Shown: positions 1 through 10,627 of the stretch, piece by piece
Numbering within the stretch: position 1 is the stretch's first letter
Layout: the number at the start of each line of letters is the position of its first letter
Source: Candidatus Kapaibacterium sp.
GTDB taxonomy: Bacteria; Bacteroidota; Ignavibacteria; Kapaibacteriales; UBA2268
Assembly (NCBI GenBank): GCA_963665665.1
Contig: OY762428.1
Location: forward strand, 3,872,001-3,936,000
Direction: 5' to 3'
DNA: 64,000 bases
Made by a program: the position numbers and the translations under genes
The notes under the pieces: model-generated
Told to the model about the DNA's origin: nothing
What the model saw: only the letters and a program-made list of their open reading frames with translations
Database searches by the model: none

Positions 1-1
1 C

Positions 2-964
2 AACGGCAACGATAAGGAATGCAGCACCGCCATAAGCCATACCGGTAACGTTGTTTGAATATTTTTCAGTGAAGTGGTGCGACATATAAAGCCTGAGGCC
101 TTTGCCGATAAGAAGGTGATTCCTGCGCCAGTTAAGGCCGTCTTTTGTATCTTCAATTTCTTTAACAACAAAGTCAGAGAAAAATTCTTTGATACGGCCG
201 TAAAGAACTGTGTTACGGAATTTTACGATATCTGTATTTTCATCGAACAAGTCGTCGAAGTTAACGTGGTGTTTTGCAGAAGCAAGTTCTTCAGTTTCTG
301 TCCTGTCCCAAACCATCAGGAAGGCATGTTCAACTTCGTGAACTTCTTTTTCTGCAAGTTTATCATCCGGCATGATCAGGAGCTCCACGATATCTGAAGA
401 AAATCCTGTTTGAAGCCTGATTTTTGTCTGTACTTCATTTATCTGTCTGTCGAAAAGAACTGCCATAAGCCCCATGCCGCTTGGCATAACCATAGTTATA
501 AACACTACAATTGCTATACCAAAAACGCCTGCCAGCCACCAGAAGCCAACCCATGGCTGAAGTATAATAGCGTGCTCGCCGAGTAGCGGTGATTTAGCGT
601 ACCATTCAGTACTTCCTTTCACATATCCGTGTACATCAGCTGTTCTTTCTGTCCATGAAAAGTCAAAAATAAAGTCGGAGTTAATGTAATCCTTTTTAAC
701 TTCCATGTTTTTGCCTTTAAGCCCGGGTTCTTTATCCTTGGATGTTGAAGCCCATGTAAGGCCGTCGAATTGAACAAAACCGGTTTTTTCCAACTGTTCG
801 CCGTCAGGCTGGAAAAGAGGTACCACAAATTGAGCTACTCCCCAGGGAATAACGGTAAAGTGGAAGAAAACAAAGAAGAGACCCGACAACACCAAAAAAA
901 TCGCTACATGCTGAAAGCCAACCTTGTGTTTTTTCTCTGTTGTTTGAGATAGTGCTTGTGCCAT
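2..964 (-). CDS. Membrane protein, 3' end runs off the window (missing from ORF track); weak GldL/PorL-like motif near the edge
   Basis: Read by hand: ATG at 964 after GGAG, open frame to the edge: MAQALSQTTEKKHKVGFQHVAIFLVLSGLFFVFF...WVGFWWLAGVFGIAIVVFITMV...KYSNNVTGMAYGGAAFLIVAV; at least three hydrophobic segments. Confidence 0.8.
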   Translation of the reverse strand, partial: MAQALSQTTEKKHKVGFQHVAIFLVLSGLFFVFFHFTVIPWGVAQFVVPLFQPDGEQLEKTGFVQFDGLTWASTSKDKEPGLKGKNMEVKKDYINSDFIFDFSWTERTADVHGYVKGSTEWYAKSPLLGEHAIILQPWVGFWWLAGVFGIAIVVFITMVMPSGMGLMAVLFDRQINEVQTKIRLQTGFSSDIVELLIMPDDKLAEKEVHEVEHAFLMVWDRTETEELASAKHHVNFDDLFDENTDIVKFRNTVLYGRIKEFFSDFVVKEIEDTKDGLNWRRNHLLIGKGLRLYMSHHFTEKYSNNVTGMAYGGAAFLIVAV

Positions 965-1612
965 TGTAATCGCTGCTCCTAAGTAGTTTAAATAAGTTAT
1001 TTTTGACTTGTCTTAGCGGGGAGTTTGTTTGGGTATCTCTTCGACTCTCAAAAATAAAATCTTAAAGTTTAATTATCAATTTATTTAAGTTAACAAATAT
1101 TATATTTCAAAACAAATTACTTAATACTTCAAATTTATAACATAGTTATGAAATATCAAATTAAAATTTTTCCACAAATCATTTTTTTTCACAATTTTCA
1201 CCTTGCCACGATTAAAACCGTAGTGATAGATGACTTGTTAATTTATTACTTTTTTAGGATATTTCAAACAAATTTGCTCAAAAAAGATTAATATTCAACA
1301 AATATTTTTCTTTTTAGAAGAATATGTATAAAATATTTTTTTTCTTGAGATATTTTCATAACTTGCAATTATGAGGAATAAAACGATTAAAGCGTCTTCT
1401 TGTTTGTGCAACTCCGGAACAATTCGGGGGGGATCTTTTATATCCTCAGTTTTAGTTACCCAAAAGCATCTGATCTATTTGCTAAACTCAGGTGCAATCC
1501 CGCTATAAACCTATCCCTTTAAAATTTGCTTCGCTATCTGATCGAATAATTTAACAGTAATGTTAGAATATATAATTTTATAATTTTTTAAATCTCATAA
1601 ATCAAGGGTTAT

Positions 1613-2944
1613 GTGATGAATAAGTATAAGAATCGTTATAGTGTTGAAGCTAACAACACACATGAAGAACTCGGAAGGTATATGCTTGTTGACGGTTTTG
1701 ATTTTGTATTGGATCTTGAAAAGAGTAAAGGCGCAGGATTCGTTGAAGCCAGGACAGGCAAGGAATACCTTGATTTCTTTACATGTTTCGCATCAATGCC
1801 TATTGGCATGAACCATCCGAAAATGAAGGATGAAGATTTTATTAAATATCTTGGTAACATTGCATTGAACAAACCGTCAAACTCGGATGTTTATACCGAA
1901 GCAATGGCTACTTTTGTAAAAACTTTTCACAGTGTGGCAGGAATGGAAAAATTCAAGTATTCATTCTATGTTTCCGGCGGAGCACTCGCAGTTGAAAACG
2001 CTCTTAAAACAGCTTTTGACTGGAAAGTCCGCAAAAATTTCCAGAAGGGCTATAAGGAAGAAAAAGGAAAAAAAATTATCCATTTTAAAGAGGCTTTCCA
2101 CGGGCGCAGTGGCTATACAATGACTCTTACAAATACTGATCCTGTAAAAACAGCTTATTTCCCCCAGTTCGACTGGCCAAGGGTAACAAACCCGAAGGTT
2201 AAGTTCCCTTTGAATGATACGAATCTTGAAGAAGTAATTAAACTTGAAGAGCAGTCGGTAAAAGAAATTCAGCAGGCATTTAAAGACAATAAAGACGATA
2301 TCGCTGCAATTATAATTGAACCAATCCAGGGCGAGGGCGGCGACAACCACTTTAGACCGGAATTTATGAAGAAACTTCGCGAACTTTGCGATGAAAACGA
2401 AGCACTGCTGATTTTCGACGAAGTTCAGACAGGCGTTGGGATTACCGGTAAGTGGTGGGCTCACCAGCATACGGACGTTGTTCCCGATATTATGAGCTTT
2501 GGCAAAAAAATGCAGGTTTGCGGTATTGTAGCAACCGACAGGATTGACGACGTTCCTGACAATGTTTTCCATACTTCCAGCCGTATAAATTCAACGTGGG
2601 GCGGCAATCTTGTGGATATGGTCAGGTCAACAAGATACCTTGAGATTATAGAAGAAGAAAACCTTGTTCAGAATGCTAATGAAAAAGGCCTTTATCTTGA
2701 CGAAAAACTTACTAAACTGATGGAAAACAATCCTGAAATTATTTCCAATGTTCGCGGTAAAGGGCTTTTCCGCGCCTTTGATATGCCAAATGCAGATATT
2801 AGAAGTAAATTCCAGGCTAAAGCATTCGAAAGCGGACTTATCATTCTTCCCTGCGGAACCAACAGTATTCGCTTCAGGCCTCCGCTGAATATCACAAAAG
2901 AAGAAATTGACCGCGGTTTGGATATTATTGAAAAGTCACTCTAA
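1613..2944 (+). CDS. lat: L-lysine 6-aminotransferase (class III PLP aminotransferase)
   Basis: GGALAVENALK, AFHGRSGY, IIEPIQGEGGD, FDEVQTG, FGKK (PLP lysine), SSRINSTWGG typical of Lat; start may be ATG 1616. Confidence 0.9.
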   Translation: MMNKYKNRYSVEANNTHEELGRYMLVDGFDFVLDLEKSKGAGFVEARTGKEYLDFFTCFASMPIGMNHPKMKDEDFIKYLGNIALNKPSNSDVYTEAMATFVKTFHSVAGMEKFKYSFYVSGGALAVENALKTAFDWKVRKNFQKGYKEEKGKKIIHFKEAFHGRSGYTMTLTNTDPVKTAYFPQFDWPRVTNPKVKFPLNDTNLEEVIKLEEQSVKEIQQAFKDNKDDIAAIIIEPIQGEGGDNHFRPEFMKKLRELCDENEALLIFDEVQTGVGITGKWWAHQHTDVVPDIMSFGKKMQVCGIVATDRIDDVPDNVFHTSSRINSTWGGNLVDMVRSTRYLEIIEEENLVQNANEKGLYLDEKLTKLMENNPEIISNVRGKGLFRAFDMPNADIRSKFQAKAFESGLIILPCGTNSIRFRPPLNITKEEIDRGLDIIEKSL

Positions 2945-2975
2945 AATATTCATCCCCGAACATACCCTTTTCTTG

Positions 2976-3003
2976 TCCCCCTTTAACCAGGGGGATTTTT
3001 TTT
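2976..3003 (+). terminator. Intrinsic terminator after lat
   Basis: TCCCCCT-ttaacc-AGGGGGA hairpin followed by a T run. Confidence 0.75.
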
Positions 3004-3080
3004 GTTAAGATTATTATGGAAAAAGCTTTTCTGACGGCCAATATTCTTAAACTAAATTCCGGATTTTGCTATTTATGCAT

Positions 3081-3605
3081 CTAAATAAAATAACCGGGCA
3101 GTAATCGAGTTAGTTCATTAAGATTGTCGATCCTGAAATCTGAATATGCTCCTTCCGCTTCGTGCCCCACATTAACGGATTTTATTCCGGCATTACTTGC
3201 GGCAATAGCATCTTTATCGCTGTCGCCAATCATAAAGCAGTCGCTTTTTTCAAGGTTAAATTTTTTCATGGCTGATAATAACATACCGGGCTCGGGCTTC
3301 CTGCATGAGCATTTATCCGTCGCCAGGTGCGGGCAAAATTCAATGTGATCGAATTTACGACCGTATTTATCTTGAAGATAGTTCTGCATAAATGTATGCG
3401 CTGAATTCAAATCCTCTACTGTCATCAGACCCTTTCCTATTCCCTGCTGATTTGTGATCAATATGAGAATAATATCCGGGTGTATTTTTGGAAATATTTC
3501 CAGGAAGTCCGGAATAAATGAGAATGAATCGGGAGAGCTTACGTATTCTCCTACCGGACGATAGTTTATTGTTCCGTCGCGGTCGAAAAGCAGGGCTTTT
3601 TTCAT
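3081..3605 (-). CDS. gmhB: HAD-IIIA phosphatase, D-glycero-D-manno-heptose-1,7-bisphosphate phosphatase-like
   Basis: DRDGT, TNQQGI, CPH..C.CRKP.PGM, MIGD..D motifs. Confidence 0.8.
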   Translation of the reverse strand: MKKALLFDRDGTINYRPVGEYVSSPDSFSFIPDFLEIFPKIHPDIILILITNQQGIGKGLMTVEDLNSAHTFMQNYLQDKYGRKFDHIEFCPHLATDKCSCRKPEPGMLLSAMKKFNLEKSDCFMIGDSDKDAIAASNAGIKSVNVGHEAEGAYSDFRIDNLNELTRLLPGYFI

Positions 3606-4834
3606 CGCGGGTCAATCTCCTGCATAATGTCGTCAAGGGCATCCCATACGGCTTCCCAGGAGTGAGTGTTTACCATTAGTTCCCTGCCGTTGGCACTTAT
3701 CGAATCTGCCAGTTCTTTATTTGTAAGAATATCAATAGCGTGATTTGCCATTTCCACTGAATTTTCGCCAAGCATAAGGTGTTTGCCGTGTTCACCGTAA
3801 ATACCCTGGTTGCCTGTTGGTGTTGTTACTACCGGACATCCGCAGGCCATAGCTTCGAGCAGTTTGTTCTGAATTCCCGATCCGCCTGAATGTGGATGCA
3901 GAAACAGAGCCGCTTCCTGAAGGAAAGGAATCATCTCAGGCACGTTTCTGTGAAGGGAGATATAATCGTTTTCTTTAACCAGCGCTTCAACTGCAGGGGT
4001 TGGGTTGGCCCCGACAAGATTCAGCCTCGTTTCGGGTAATTTTTCATGAACAAGGGGCATTATTTTTCCAACTATCTGTCTTATCATCAAAACGTTTGCC
4101 CAGATATCCAGCTTTCCACTGAACAGAATATCTTTCCTGTTGGAATTATTTTCCGGAGTAGTGTAACTATATATATCAGTTCCGTTTGTAAGCAGCCTGT
4201 AAACAGCATCGGAGTTTTGGCCTTTCATTGCTTCGATATCTTCTCTTGTAACAAGAGTTGTTATATCGAAATGGTTAACAATTTCAGGCTCATATTTTTT
4301 TAGTTTAAAGTATTCCCAGGAGCGAACAGACTTCTGAACCAGGTTATCGCTTTCCTCCGAAGATCTTTTTTGATATAGAGTTCGGCAGTCCTCGGCTATA
4401 AGCACTTTTTTAATATTTTTATTCTTCAGATACTCTGCTGTGCGCATAAAAAATGCAAAGGCAATATCGAAATCGTTATCTTCGATCAACTTATCAACAA
4501 TACGGCGATAATCTGCCTGATAGTAATAGGATATTTCCAGAGGATATCTGAAAGGCAGGCGAAGAATGGTTTCGACGCCGGCTTTAACGGGGTTTAGCCT
4601 GAGATATTCGAGCTTTGCGCCGAGGCCGGTTATTGCTTCAACATATTTTTTTGAAGGTGCTTCGCCCTGATAGAATGAAACAAGGGTAAGGTCATGATAT
4701 TTTGCAAGATGCTTTATCAGGTTATACGGTTTCAGCCTGTCTCCGCCGATAAGAGGATAAATAAATCTCGGAGTAAGAAAAAGTATTTTCCTTCTTCTCT
4801 TCATGTTCGCTGATTCGCTGTTTTCCTTGTCCAT
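3602..4834 (-). CDS. Glycosyltransferase family 4 (GT-B)
   Basis: YPLIGGDRL N-terminal motif, GSGIQNKLLEAMACGCPVV C-terminal motif. Confidence 0.88.
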   Translation of the reverse strand: MDKENSESANMKRRRKILFLTPRFIYPLIGGDRLKPYNLIKHLAKYHDLTLVSFYQGEAPSKKYVEAITGLGAKLEYLRLNPVKAGVETILRLPFRYPLEISYYYQADYRRIVDKLIEDNDFDIAFAFFMRTAEYLKNKNIKKVLIAEDCRTLYQKRSSEESDNLVQKSVRSWEYFKLKKYEPEIVNHFDITTLVTREDIEAMKGQNSDAVYRLLTNGTDIYSYTTPENNSNRKDILFSGKLDIWANVLMIRQIVGKIMPLVHEKLPETRLNLVGANPTPAVEALVKENDYISLHRNVPEMIPFLQEAALFLHPHSGGSGIQNKLLEAMACGCPVVTTPTGNQGIYGEHGKHLMLGENSVEMANHAIDILTNKELADSISANGRELMVNTHSWEAVWDALDDIMQEIDPR

Positions 4835-4922
4835 TCCGGATCCTGATAATTAATAATGTCTCAAATATAAGAAAGTCAAAATTAAGAAAAATCATTTAAT
4901 ATTGATAAACAATCATATAATA

Positions 4923-6941
4923 TCAATTCAACGGCAGTTCTTCGTCTTCGTTATCATCGTCGGATTCGTCCACGATTACGAATTTCTCAGCCAGAGTTTC
5001 ATCAACGCCTTTCAGGAACCTGGACTGTTCCGAGAGGATGAATCCGCTTTGCTGATCGTAGATATTTATCGGGTATGAAATTATCAGCCTGTCCATGGCG
5101 CGGGTACAGGCTACATAAAATAATCTTCTTTCCTCTTCCAGGTTATCAACTGATTCAACAGCAAGGGATGAAGGGAAACGTCCTTCCAGCGCCCATATCA
5201 GAAATACTGCTTTCCATTCCAGGCCTTTAGCCGAATGTATCGTTGATAAAGTCAGGTATTCCTCATCCTTTGGGAGGGGAGATAAAGATTCAAGCGATTC
5301 TGTTGGCGGTTCCAGTGCCATATCGCTAAGGAATTCCCGCAGGGATTTATATTTTTCCGCAATCATCAGGAATGTTTCAATATCTTTCCAGCGTTTTTGC
5401 CAGTCGTCATGTTTATCTTTGAGTAATGGTTTGTATATTTCCGAGATAACCGAGGCTTTTTCGGCAACGCTGCCCCTTTCGGCAGAAAGTTCCCGGAGGT
5501 CCTGGATCAGTTCTCTGACATCAGGCCCGATTCGTTTTATATCAGGGATTTTGAATTCTTTTGAAAGAAAATCCTGAGAACTGATGGAGTCTATAAGCTG
5601 GCTGGCTGTTCCGGGGCCGATACCTTTCTGCAACAGCAATACCCGATGCCAGGAAACTGCGTCGAGCGGATTAAACAGAATACGGATATATGCCAGCATA
5701 TCTTTGATATGGGCTGTTTCCATAAGTTTCAGCCCGCCGAATTTCCTGAATGGAATGTTTGCCCTGCTGAGTTCTATCTCCAGATCGAAAGAATGAAACC
5801 CTGACCGGAACAAAACTGCAATATCGTCAAGGCTGTATCCTTCTTCCCTCAATTCCAGAATATATTGCGATACGAATTCAGACTGCTGCCTTTCATCTCC
5901 GGCGCAAACTATCATTGGCAGTTCATCGCCTGTTTTACGCGTGAACAATTCCTTTTCGTATTTATAAATGGCTTCGCCGATCACTGTATTGGTCAGGTTC
6001 AGGATTGGCTGGGTACTTCTGTAGTTTTCCTCGATCTTGAATATCTCGCATTTTTCGAATGATTCAGGAAAGAACATTATATTCTGAAAATTAGCGCCCC
6101 TGAACGAATAAATACTCTGGGCATCGTCGCCAACAGCCATAATGTTATTATGTCCTTCGGCAATTTTCAATACTATCTCGTGCTGAAGGCGGTTGGTATC
6201 CTGGTATTCATCTACCATAATATATTTATAATTTTTGTTGACCTCTTTGCGTATTTCCTCGTGATCTTTTAATAAATTCAAAAGATGAAGCAGCAGGTCG
6301 TCGTAATCCATCAGGCTGTATTTCTTCTTGTATTCAGCGTAATTATCAAAGATCAGTTTTATTTCATCAGAATAATCAATGTATCTCGGGAAATCCTTTT
6401 CGAGTATATTCTCCAGGCTTTCCTGTTTGTTTGTCATAAATCCGAGAATTTTAGCCAGCGTATTTTTCCTGGGGAATTGCCTTTTTGATTTGTCAAGTTT
6501 CAGTTCTGCCCGAAGTATATTTAGCACATCTTCGCTGTCTCCCTGGTCCAGGATATTGAAACTCTGCCTGAAACCAATATGCGCGGCGTATTTTCTTAGT
6601 AACTGCAAAGCGAAAGAGTGAAAAGTCCCGCCGGATACCTTGTCGCAGCGTCCATCCAGGATAATTGATGCCCTTCTTAGCATCTCGGATGCTGATTTGC
6701 GGGTGAAAGTTAATAATAAAATTGATTCCGGCACTACTCCGTCCTCTATCAGCCTTGCAACACGGTAAACAAGTGTCCTGGTTTTTCCGGTACCTGCTCC
6801 GGCAATTACAAGAGCCGGCCCGTTATTATGCATTACTGCTTCATACTGGGCTGCATTCAGTTCCCTTTCATAAGATATTTTATATCCTATTCGTTTGCGG
6901 GGTGTTATGTCTGACTTCTTTTTAAGAACAAATTTTTTCAT
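4923..6941 (-). CDS. SF1 ATP-dependent DNA helicase, UvrD/PcrA family
   Basis: AGAGTGKT, TFTRK, VDEYQD, VGDDAQSIYSFRGA, ENYRS, STIHSAKGLEW, EERRLFYVACTRA; start set at MKKFVLKK. Confidence 0.92.
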   Translation of the reverse strand: MKKFVLKKKSDITPRKRIGYKISYERELNAAQYEAVMHNNGPALVIAGAGTGKTRTLVYRVARLIEDGVVPESILLLTFTRKSASEMLRRASIILDGRCDKVSGGTFHSFALQLLRKYAAHIGFRQSFNILDQGDSEDVLNILRAELKLDKSKRQFPRKNTLAKILGFMTNKQESLENILEKDFPRYIDYSDEIKLIFDNYAEYKKKYSLMDYDDLLLHLLNLLKDHEEIRKEVNKNYKYIMVDEYQDTNRLQHEIVLKIAEGHNNIMAVGDDAQSIYSFRGANFQNIMFFPESFEKCEIFKIEENYRSTQPILNLTNTVIGEAIYKYEKELFTRKTGDELPMIVCAGDERQQSEFVSQYILELREEGYSLDDIAVLFRSGFHSFDLEIELSRANIPFRKFGGLKLMETAHIKDMLAYIRILFNPLDAVSWHRVLLLQKGIGPGTASQLIDSISSQDFLSKEFKIPDIKRIGPDVRELIQDLRELSAERGSVAEKASVISEIYKPLLKDKHDDWQKRWKDIETFLMIAEKYKSLREFLSDMALEPPTESLESLSPLPKDEEYLTLSTIHSAKGLEWKAVFLIWALEGRFPSSLAVESVDNLEEERRLFYVACTRAMDRLIISYPINIYDQQSGFILSEQSRFLKGVDETLAEKFVIVDESDDDNEDEELPLN

Positions 6942-7060
6942 AAAATTTGATATTTGTTTGTTTTCAATTAAATAAAAATACATAATATTGTATGGAGCGG
7001 CAAACAAAACCGGAAAGGATACGTTATATCAATAATTATTTTTTCAAGATTGGAGACACA

Positions 7061-7951
7061 ATGAAAAGAAACATACTAATATTACTGCTGGGAATGATAA
7101 TTTTTCCTGTAATAACAAATGCTCAAAGCTTCAAAGCTTCAGAGGGTATTCAGGTTGCTGAAGACAAAGCAATAGAACTTGGATTGACTGACCCTCAGTT
7201 AATTTCAATTGGCACAATGTCCGGTGCTATAGACGGATTTCCAATAGAACTTGAATTTGACATGGAAACCGGAGAAAATGTAGCATGGCTATACCTTTTT
7301 ACAGAAAAAGACGATCCTGAAACAAGAAAAGCTGTTGGAGTTGTACGTGTAATGATATTCATGGCTCAGGAAATTAGCATGGATATGCTTGAAGGGCTTC
7401 CTGTGTCACCTGATGCGCCGCTTGAAACCGGATGGATCGACAGCGATGAATTTGTTAATAATTTGAATGCAAACGACAGCTTCGAATCATTTGCTGAAGA
7501 GAATGATGATGCCGTGATGAGGCTTCTCGGCCTTGGTGTAAACAAAATGAATCCGTTATTTATAATCGATGATCCTTACTGGATGGCAATATACGGAACC
7601 GAAATGCAGAATATTACCTGTTTTGTTCATGCTGAAACAGGCCAGGCTCAGTGCCTGGATATATCTGATGTTAGCGATGAATATGGTGAATCCATGAGGC
7701 TTGCTGTTTATCCTAATCCGGCAGTTGATATGGTATTTATTAAAGTCCCGGAAAACGTCAAAACAAATAATTATAAGCTGGGAATTTATGATTTATACGG
7801 TAATCTTGTAAAAACTATAACTAACCTTCCTGCTCCTTGCGAAACTGAACACCTGATACTTCCGGTTTCTGATTTTCCTTCAGGTTCTTATTATGTTCTT
7901 TTTGAAAGTGAAAATGAAACACAAGCCGAGCAATTGATAATTGTCAGGTAA
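7061..7951 (+). CDS. Secreted protein with T9SS type-A sorting domain
   Basis: GGAG then signal peptide MKRNILILLLG; C-terminal VYPNPA...GSYYV...QLIIVR. Confidence 0.8.
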   Translation: MKRNILILLLGMIIFPVITNAQSFKASEGIQVAEDKAIELGLTDPQLISIGTMSGAIDGFPIELEFDMETGENVAWLYLFTEKDDPETRKAVGVVRVMIFMAQEISMDMLEGLPVSPDAPLETGWIDSDEFVNNLNANDSFESFAEENDDAVMRLLGLGVNKMNPLFIIDDPYWMAIYGTEMQNITCFVHAETGQAQCLDISDVSDEYGESMRLAVYPNPAVDMVFIKVPENVKTNNYKLGIYDLYGNLVKTITNLPAPCETEHLILPVSDFPSGSYYVLFESENETQAEQLIIVR

Positions 7952-7968
7952 AAAATCAGAATCTTATG

Positions 7969-8007
7969 AAAAAAAGGAGTTTGTCATACAGGTAAACTCC
8001 TTTTTTT
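7969..8007. terminator. Bidirectional intrinsic terminator
   Basis: A run-GGAGTTT-loop-AAACTCC-T run between convergent genes. Confidence 0.8.
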
Positions 8008-8028
8008 AATGTTTTTTTTAAAACGATA

Positions 8029-9141
8029 TCAGTGTTTGGTATAAACTACCAGAAGGTCGTTGCCGATTTTCCTGAAACTTCTGAGTACAAATTGAGGCGC
8101 TTCGTCAAGAAATTCTATTGTGAAATCACGAAAAGCGCCTGTAGCGTTTCCGAAAATCTTTGGTGCAATAAATGTCTGGATTTCGTCAACCAGTCCTTCC
8201 CGGAGGAAAGAAGAGAATACTTGTGAACCGCCTTCAACAAGTATGGATGCAATGTTCATTTTGCCTGCAATATCCCTGAGGGCCTTTTTAAGAAAAATAA
8301 TTCCGTTTTTATCAGTATCCACCGGCAGTATCGTAATTCCGGCTATTCTTAAGGTCTCAGCTCTGCGGTATTCGGAAGCCTCTTTGGAACAGCAAACTAT
8401 TGTATGATTTCTGTTTTTATCAGTATAAACTTTTCTATCAAGAGGCAAACTCGCATCGGAATCAAGAATTATCCGGAATGGATTCCTGCCATTAACTTCC
8501 CTTACTGTAAGCTCAGGATTATCGGATGCAACAGTACCGGAACCAACCATAACTGCGTCAAGATTTGCCCTTAACTGATGTACAAATTTTCTGCTTTGTT
8601 TGCTGGTTATCCATTTAGACTGTCCCTTGGCGCTGGCAATGTTCCCATCGATTGACTGTCCTGTTTTTACAACAATATACGGTAGCCCTGTTGTAATAAA
8701 TTTTATAAAAGTTCTGTTTAGCCATTTGCATTTCTCTTCAAGAACACCGGCAACTACTTCAATACCTGCATTTTTTAATTTTTCGATACCGCTGCCAGAG
8801 ACTTTCGGATTAGGGTCTGTCATTCCGATAACAACCTTTGAAAATTTCCTCTCAATAATCATATCTGCACAAGGAGGAGTTTTTCCCTGGTGAGAACATG
8901 GTTCAAGGTTTACATACAGAGTAAAACCTTCGAACGATTCCAAAGAAGAATTTTTTACTGCCATTACTTCCGCGTGGTCGTCCCCGAATTGCTTATGCCA
9001 TCCTTCAGCAATAATTACATTATCCCGGGTAATTACAGCACCGACTTTGGGGTTGGGGCTGACTTTGCCGCATCCTTTATGAGCAAGTTCAATTGTTCTG
9101 TTTATCATCTGATCGTCAAAACTCAGGTTTTCATTTTTCAT
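8029..9141 (-). CDS. ribD: Bifunctional riboflavin biosynthesis deaminase/reductase RibD
   Basis: SPNPKVGA, HAE, LEPCSH.GKTPPC, SKWIT, VEGG. Confidence 0.95.
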   Translation of the reverse strand: MKNENLSFDDQMINRTIELAHKGCGKVSPNPKVGAVITRDNVIIAEGWHKQFGDDHAEVMAVKNSSLESFEGFTLYVNLEPCSHQGKTPPCADMIIERKFSKVVIGMTDPNPKVSGSGIEKLKNAGIEVVAGVLEEKCKWLNRTFIKFITTGLPYIVVKTGQSIDGNIASAKGQSKWITSKQSRKFVHQLRANLDAVMVGSGTVASDNPELTVREVNGRNPFRIILDSDASLPLDRKVYTDKNRNHTIVCCSKEASEYRRAETLRIAGITILPVDTDKNGIIFLKKALRDIAGKMNIASILVEGGSQVFSSFLREGLVDEIQTFIAPKIFGNATGAFRDFTIEFLDEAPQFVLRSFRKIGNDLLVVYTKH

Positions 9142-9631
9142 TTTCGGGATTCCATTCGTATTTGAATTCTGAAAGATATGCTTTTGGTTTTGCAGGTATA
9201 ATCATTCTTATGTTATATAAACCTGCTTTAGCAATATTACCGGAATTATCTTTTCCGTTCCATGTTAATTGGTAGTCATAGGTTTCTCCGGGATTCTCCG
9301 GCAGGACATCACTGATAACCTGCATGTGCATCTTGTTGTTGTTCGAACTCCAGATAGTTTTTCCCTTTTGGTTAATAATTTCCACCCGGAATGTTTCGCT
9401 CGAAGGGCAGTATTCACCTTCAACTAAGGCCTGCCTATAGGCGGATATTCCAAATATCACGCTTCCGTCCGGCTGTTCGTTGAAAAATGGTTTTAGCAGG
9501 ACTGCCCTGTCGATATCAGAATCACAGCAGGGTTCGGCAAATTCCATTTTTTCACTATCCCTGCTGGCATTTGATGAGCAGGATACTGCCAATATTGTAA
9601 GTATCAATAGAAAAACTTTGATTCCCGACAT
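9131..9631 (-). CDS. Lipoprotein with BsuPI/FlgD-like Ig-fold C-terminal domain
   Basis: Lipobox LAVSC after MSGIKVFLLILTI; IW...MQVI...PGETYDYQLTWNGKD..G...AGLY pattern. Confidence 0.6.
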   Translation of the reverse strand: MSGIKVFLLILTILAVSCSSNASRDSEKMEFAEPCCDSDIDRAVLLKPFFNEQPDGSVIFGISAYRQALVEGEYCPSSETFRVEIINQKGKTIWSSNNNKMHMQVISDVLPENPGETYDYQLTWNGKDNSGNIAKAGLYNIRMIIPAKPKAYLSEFKYEWNPENEK

Positions 9632-9781
9632 TAATTTTTTCTTTTCTAAATTTATCAACTTTTCTAACTCGTAATCTAAAAAAATAATCAAAAAAAATGT
9701 AACATTCAAAAAAAATAAGATTAAATTTGTATATACTTGATTTTAATATGATGTTTTGTCATAAAATTCAAAGGCGGGGGA

Positions 9782-10555
9782 ATGATTCGCAGCATAATGT
9801 TAACAGCAATAATATTATCAATTTTTACCGGAAATATTTTATTTGCTAAAGGTTCTGCCGGGTCGGCGGCAACTTACGAGTCCAGGTTTATCGTCGATAT
9901 GCCTACTGCGGGAGTTATTTCAAAGGGCAGTTTTGCTATTTACGCATATACTTTCACCGGCGGCGGCCTGATGACAGAAATTTCTGCTGCTCCTTTCGAA
10001 AATTTCAATATGGGGCTAAGTTATAGCGGAAGCAATATTGTCGGAAATCAGAAAATTGTGTGGCAGGATATACCTGGGATTCATATCAAGTATCGCTTAT
10101 TTGATGAAACTAAAGGAATTCCTGCAATCCTTCTTGGAATTTCAACCCAGGGACGCGGAATATTTTTTAAAGATTCCGAGCGTTTTGAAACTTTCTCTCC
10201 GGGATTTTTTCTTGCCCTCAGCAAAAATTTTACCTGGGACCTTGGAACTCTTGCTGTTCACGGAGGAATAAATTACTCACTTGAACCTGAAACTGATAAC
10301 AGGGCGCCAAATATTTATTTCGGATTTGAACATTCAATCGGAAAATATGCTTCTCTGAATATTGAATACAATGCCAATATTGATGAAGCTGATAAAAATA
10401 TTTTATCTCATAAGGGGCTGCTCAATGCTTCATTAAGATTTGCAGTTGTTCAGGGCCTGACATTCGACCTGCAATTAAGGGATTTACTTGAACATATTAA
10501 ATATAGCAGGCAGATCAGCAGGTTTATTGGAATTGAATTTATTGCAGCCTATTGA
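9782..10555 (+). CDS. Outer-membrane beta-barrel protein, YjbH-like
   Basis: Signal peptide, DMPTAG motif, alternating beta strands, C-terminal aromatic residue. Confidence 0.6.
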   Translation: MIRSIMLTAIILSIFTGNILFAKGSAGSAATYESRFIVDMPTAGVISKGSFAIYAYTFTGGGLMTEISAAPFENFNMGLSYSGSNIVGNQKIVWQDIPGIHIKYRLFDETKGIPAILLGISTQGRGIFFKDSERFETFSPGFFLALSKNFTWDLGTLAVHGGINYSLEPETDNRAPNIYFGFEHSIGKYASLNIEYNANIDEADKNILSHKGLLNASLRFAVVQGLTFDLQLRDLLEHIKYSRQISRFIGIEFIAAY

Positions 10556-10627
10556 TATATTTGTGATGTAACCTTTGGCAGCTTATTCTGTCATTCTAAA
10601 AAGTTTTGTTTTTGATAAGGAAAAATA

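Noticed and set aside
74-952. Short tracked ORFs at 74, 619 and 770
   Set aside because: They overlap the long minus-strand gene starting at 964
1165-1202. Relaxed DnaA-box matches TTTTCCACA and TTTTTCACA
   Set aside because: Expected by chance in T-rich intergenic DNA; too few
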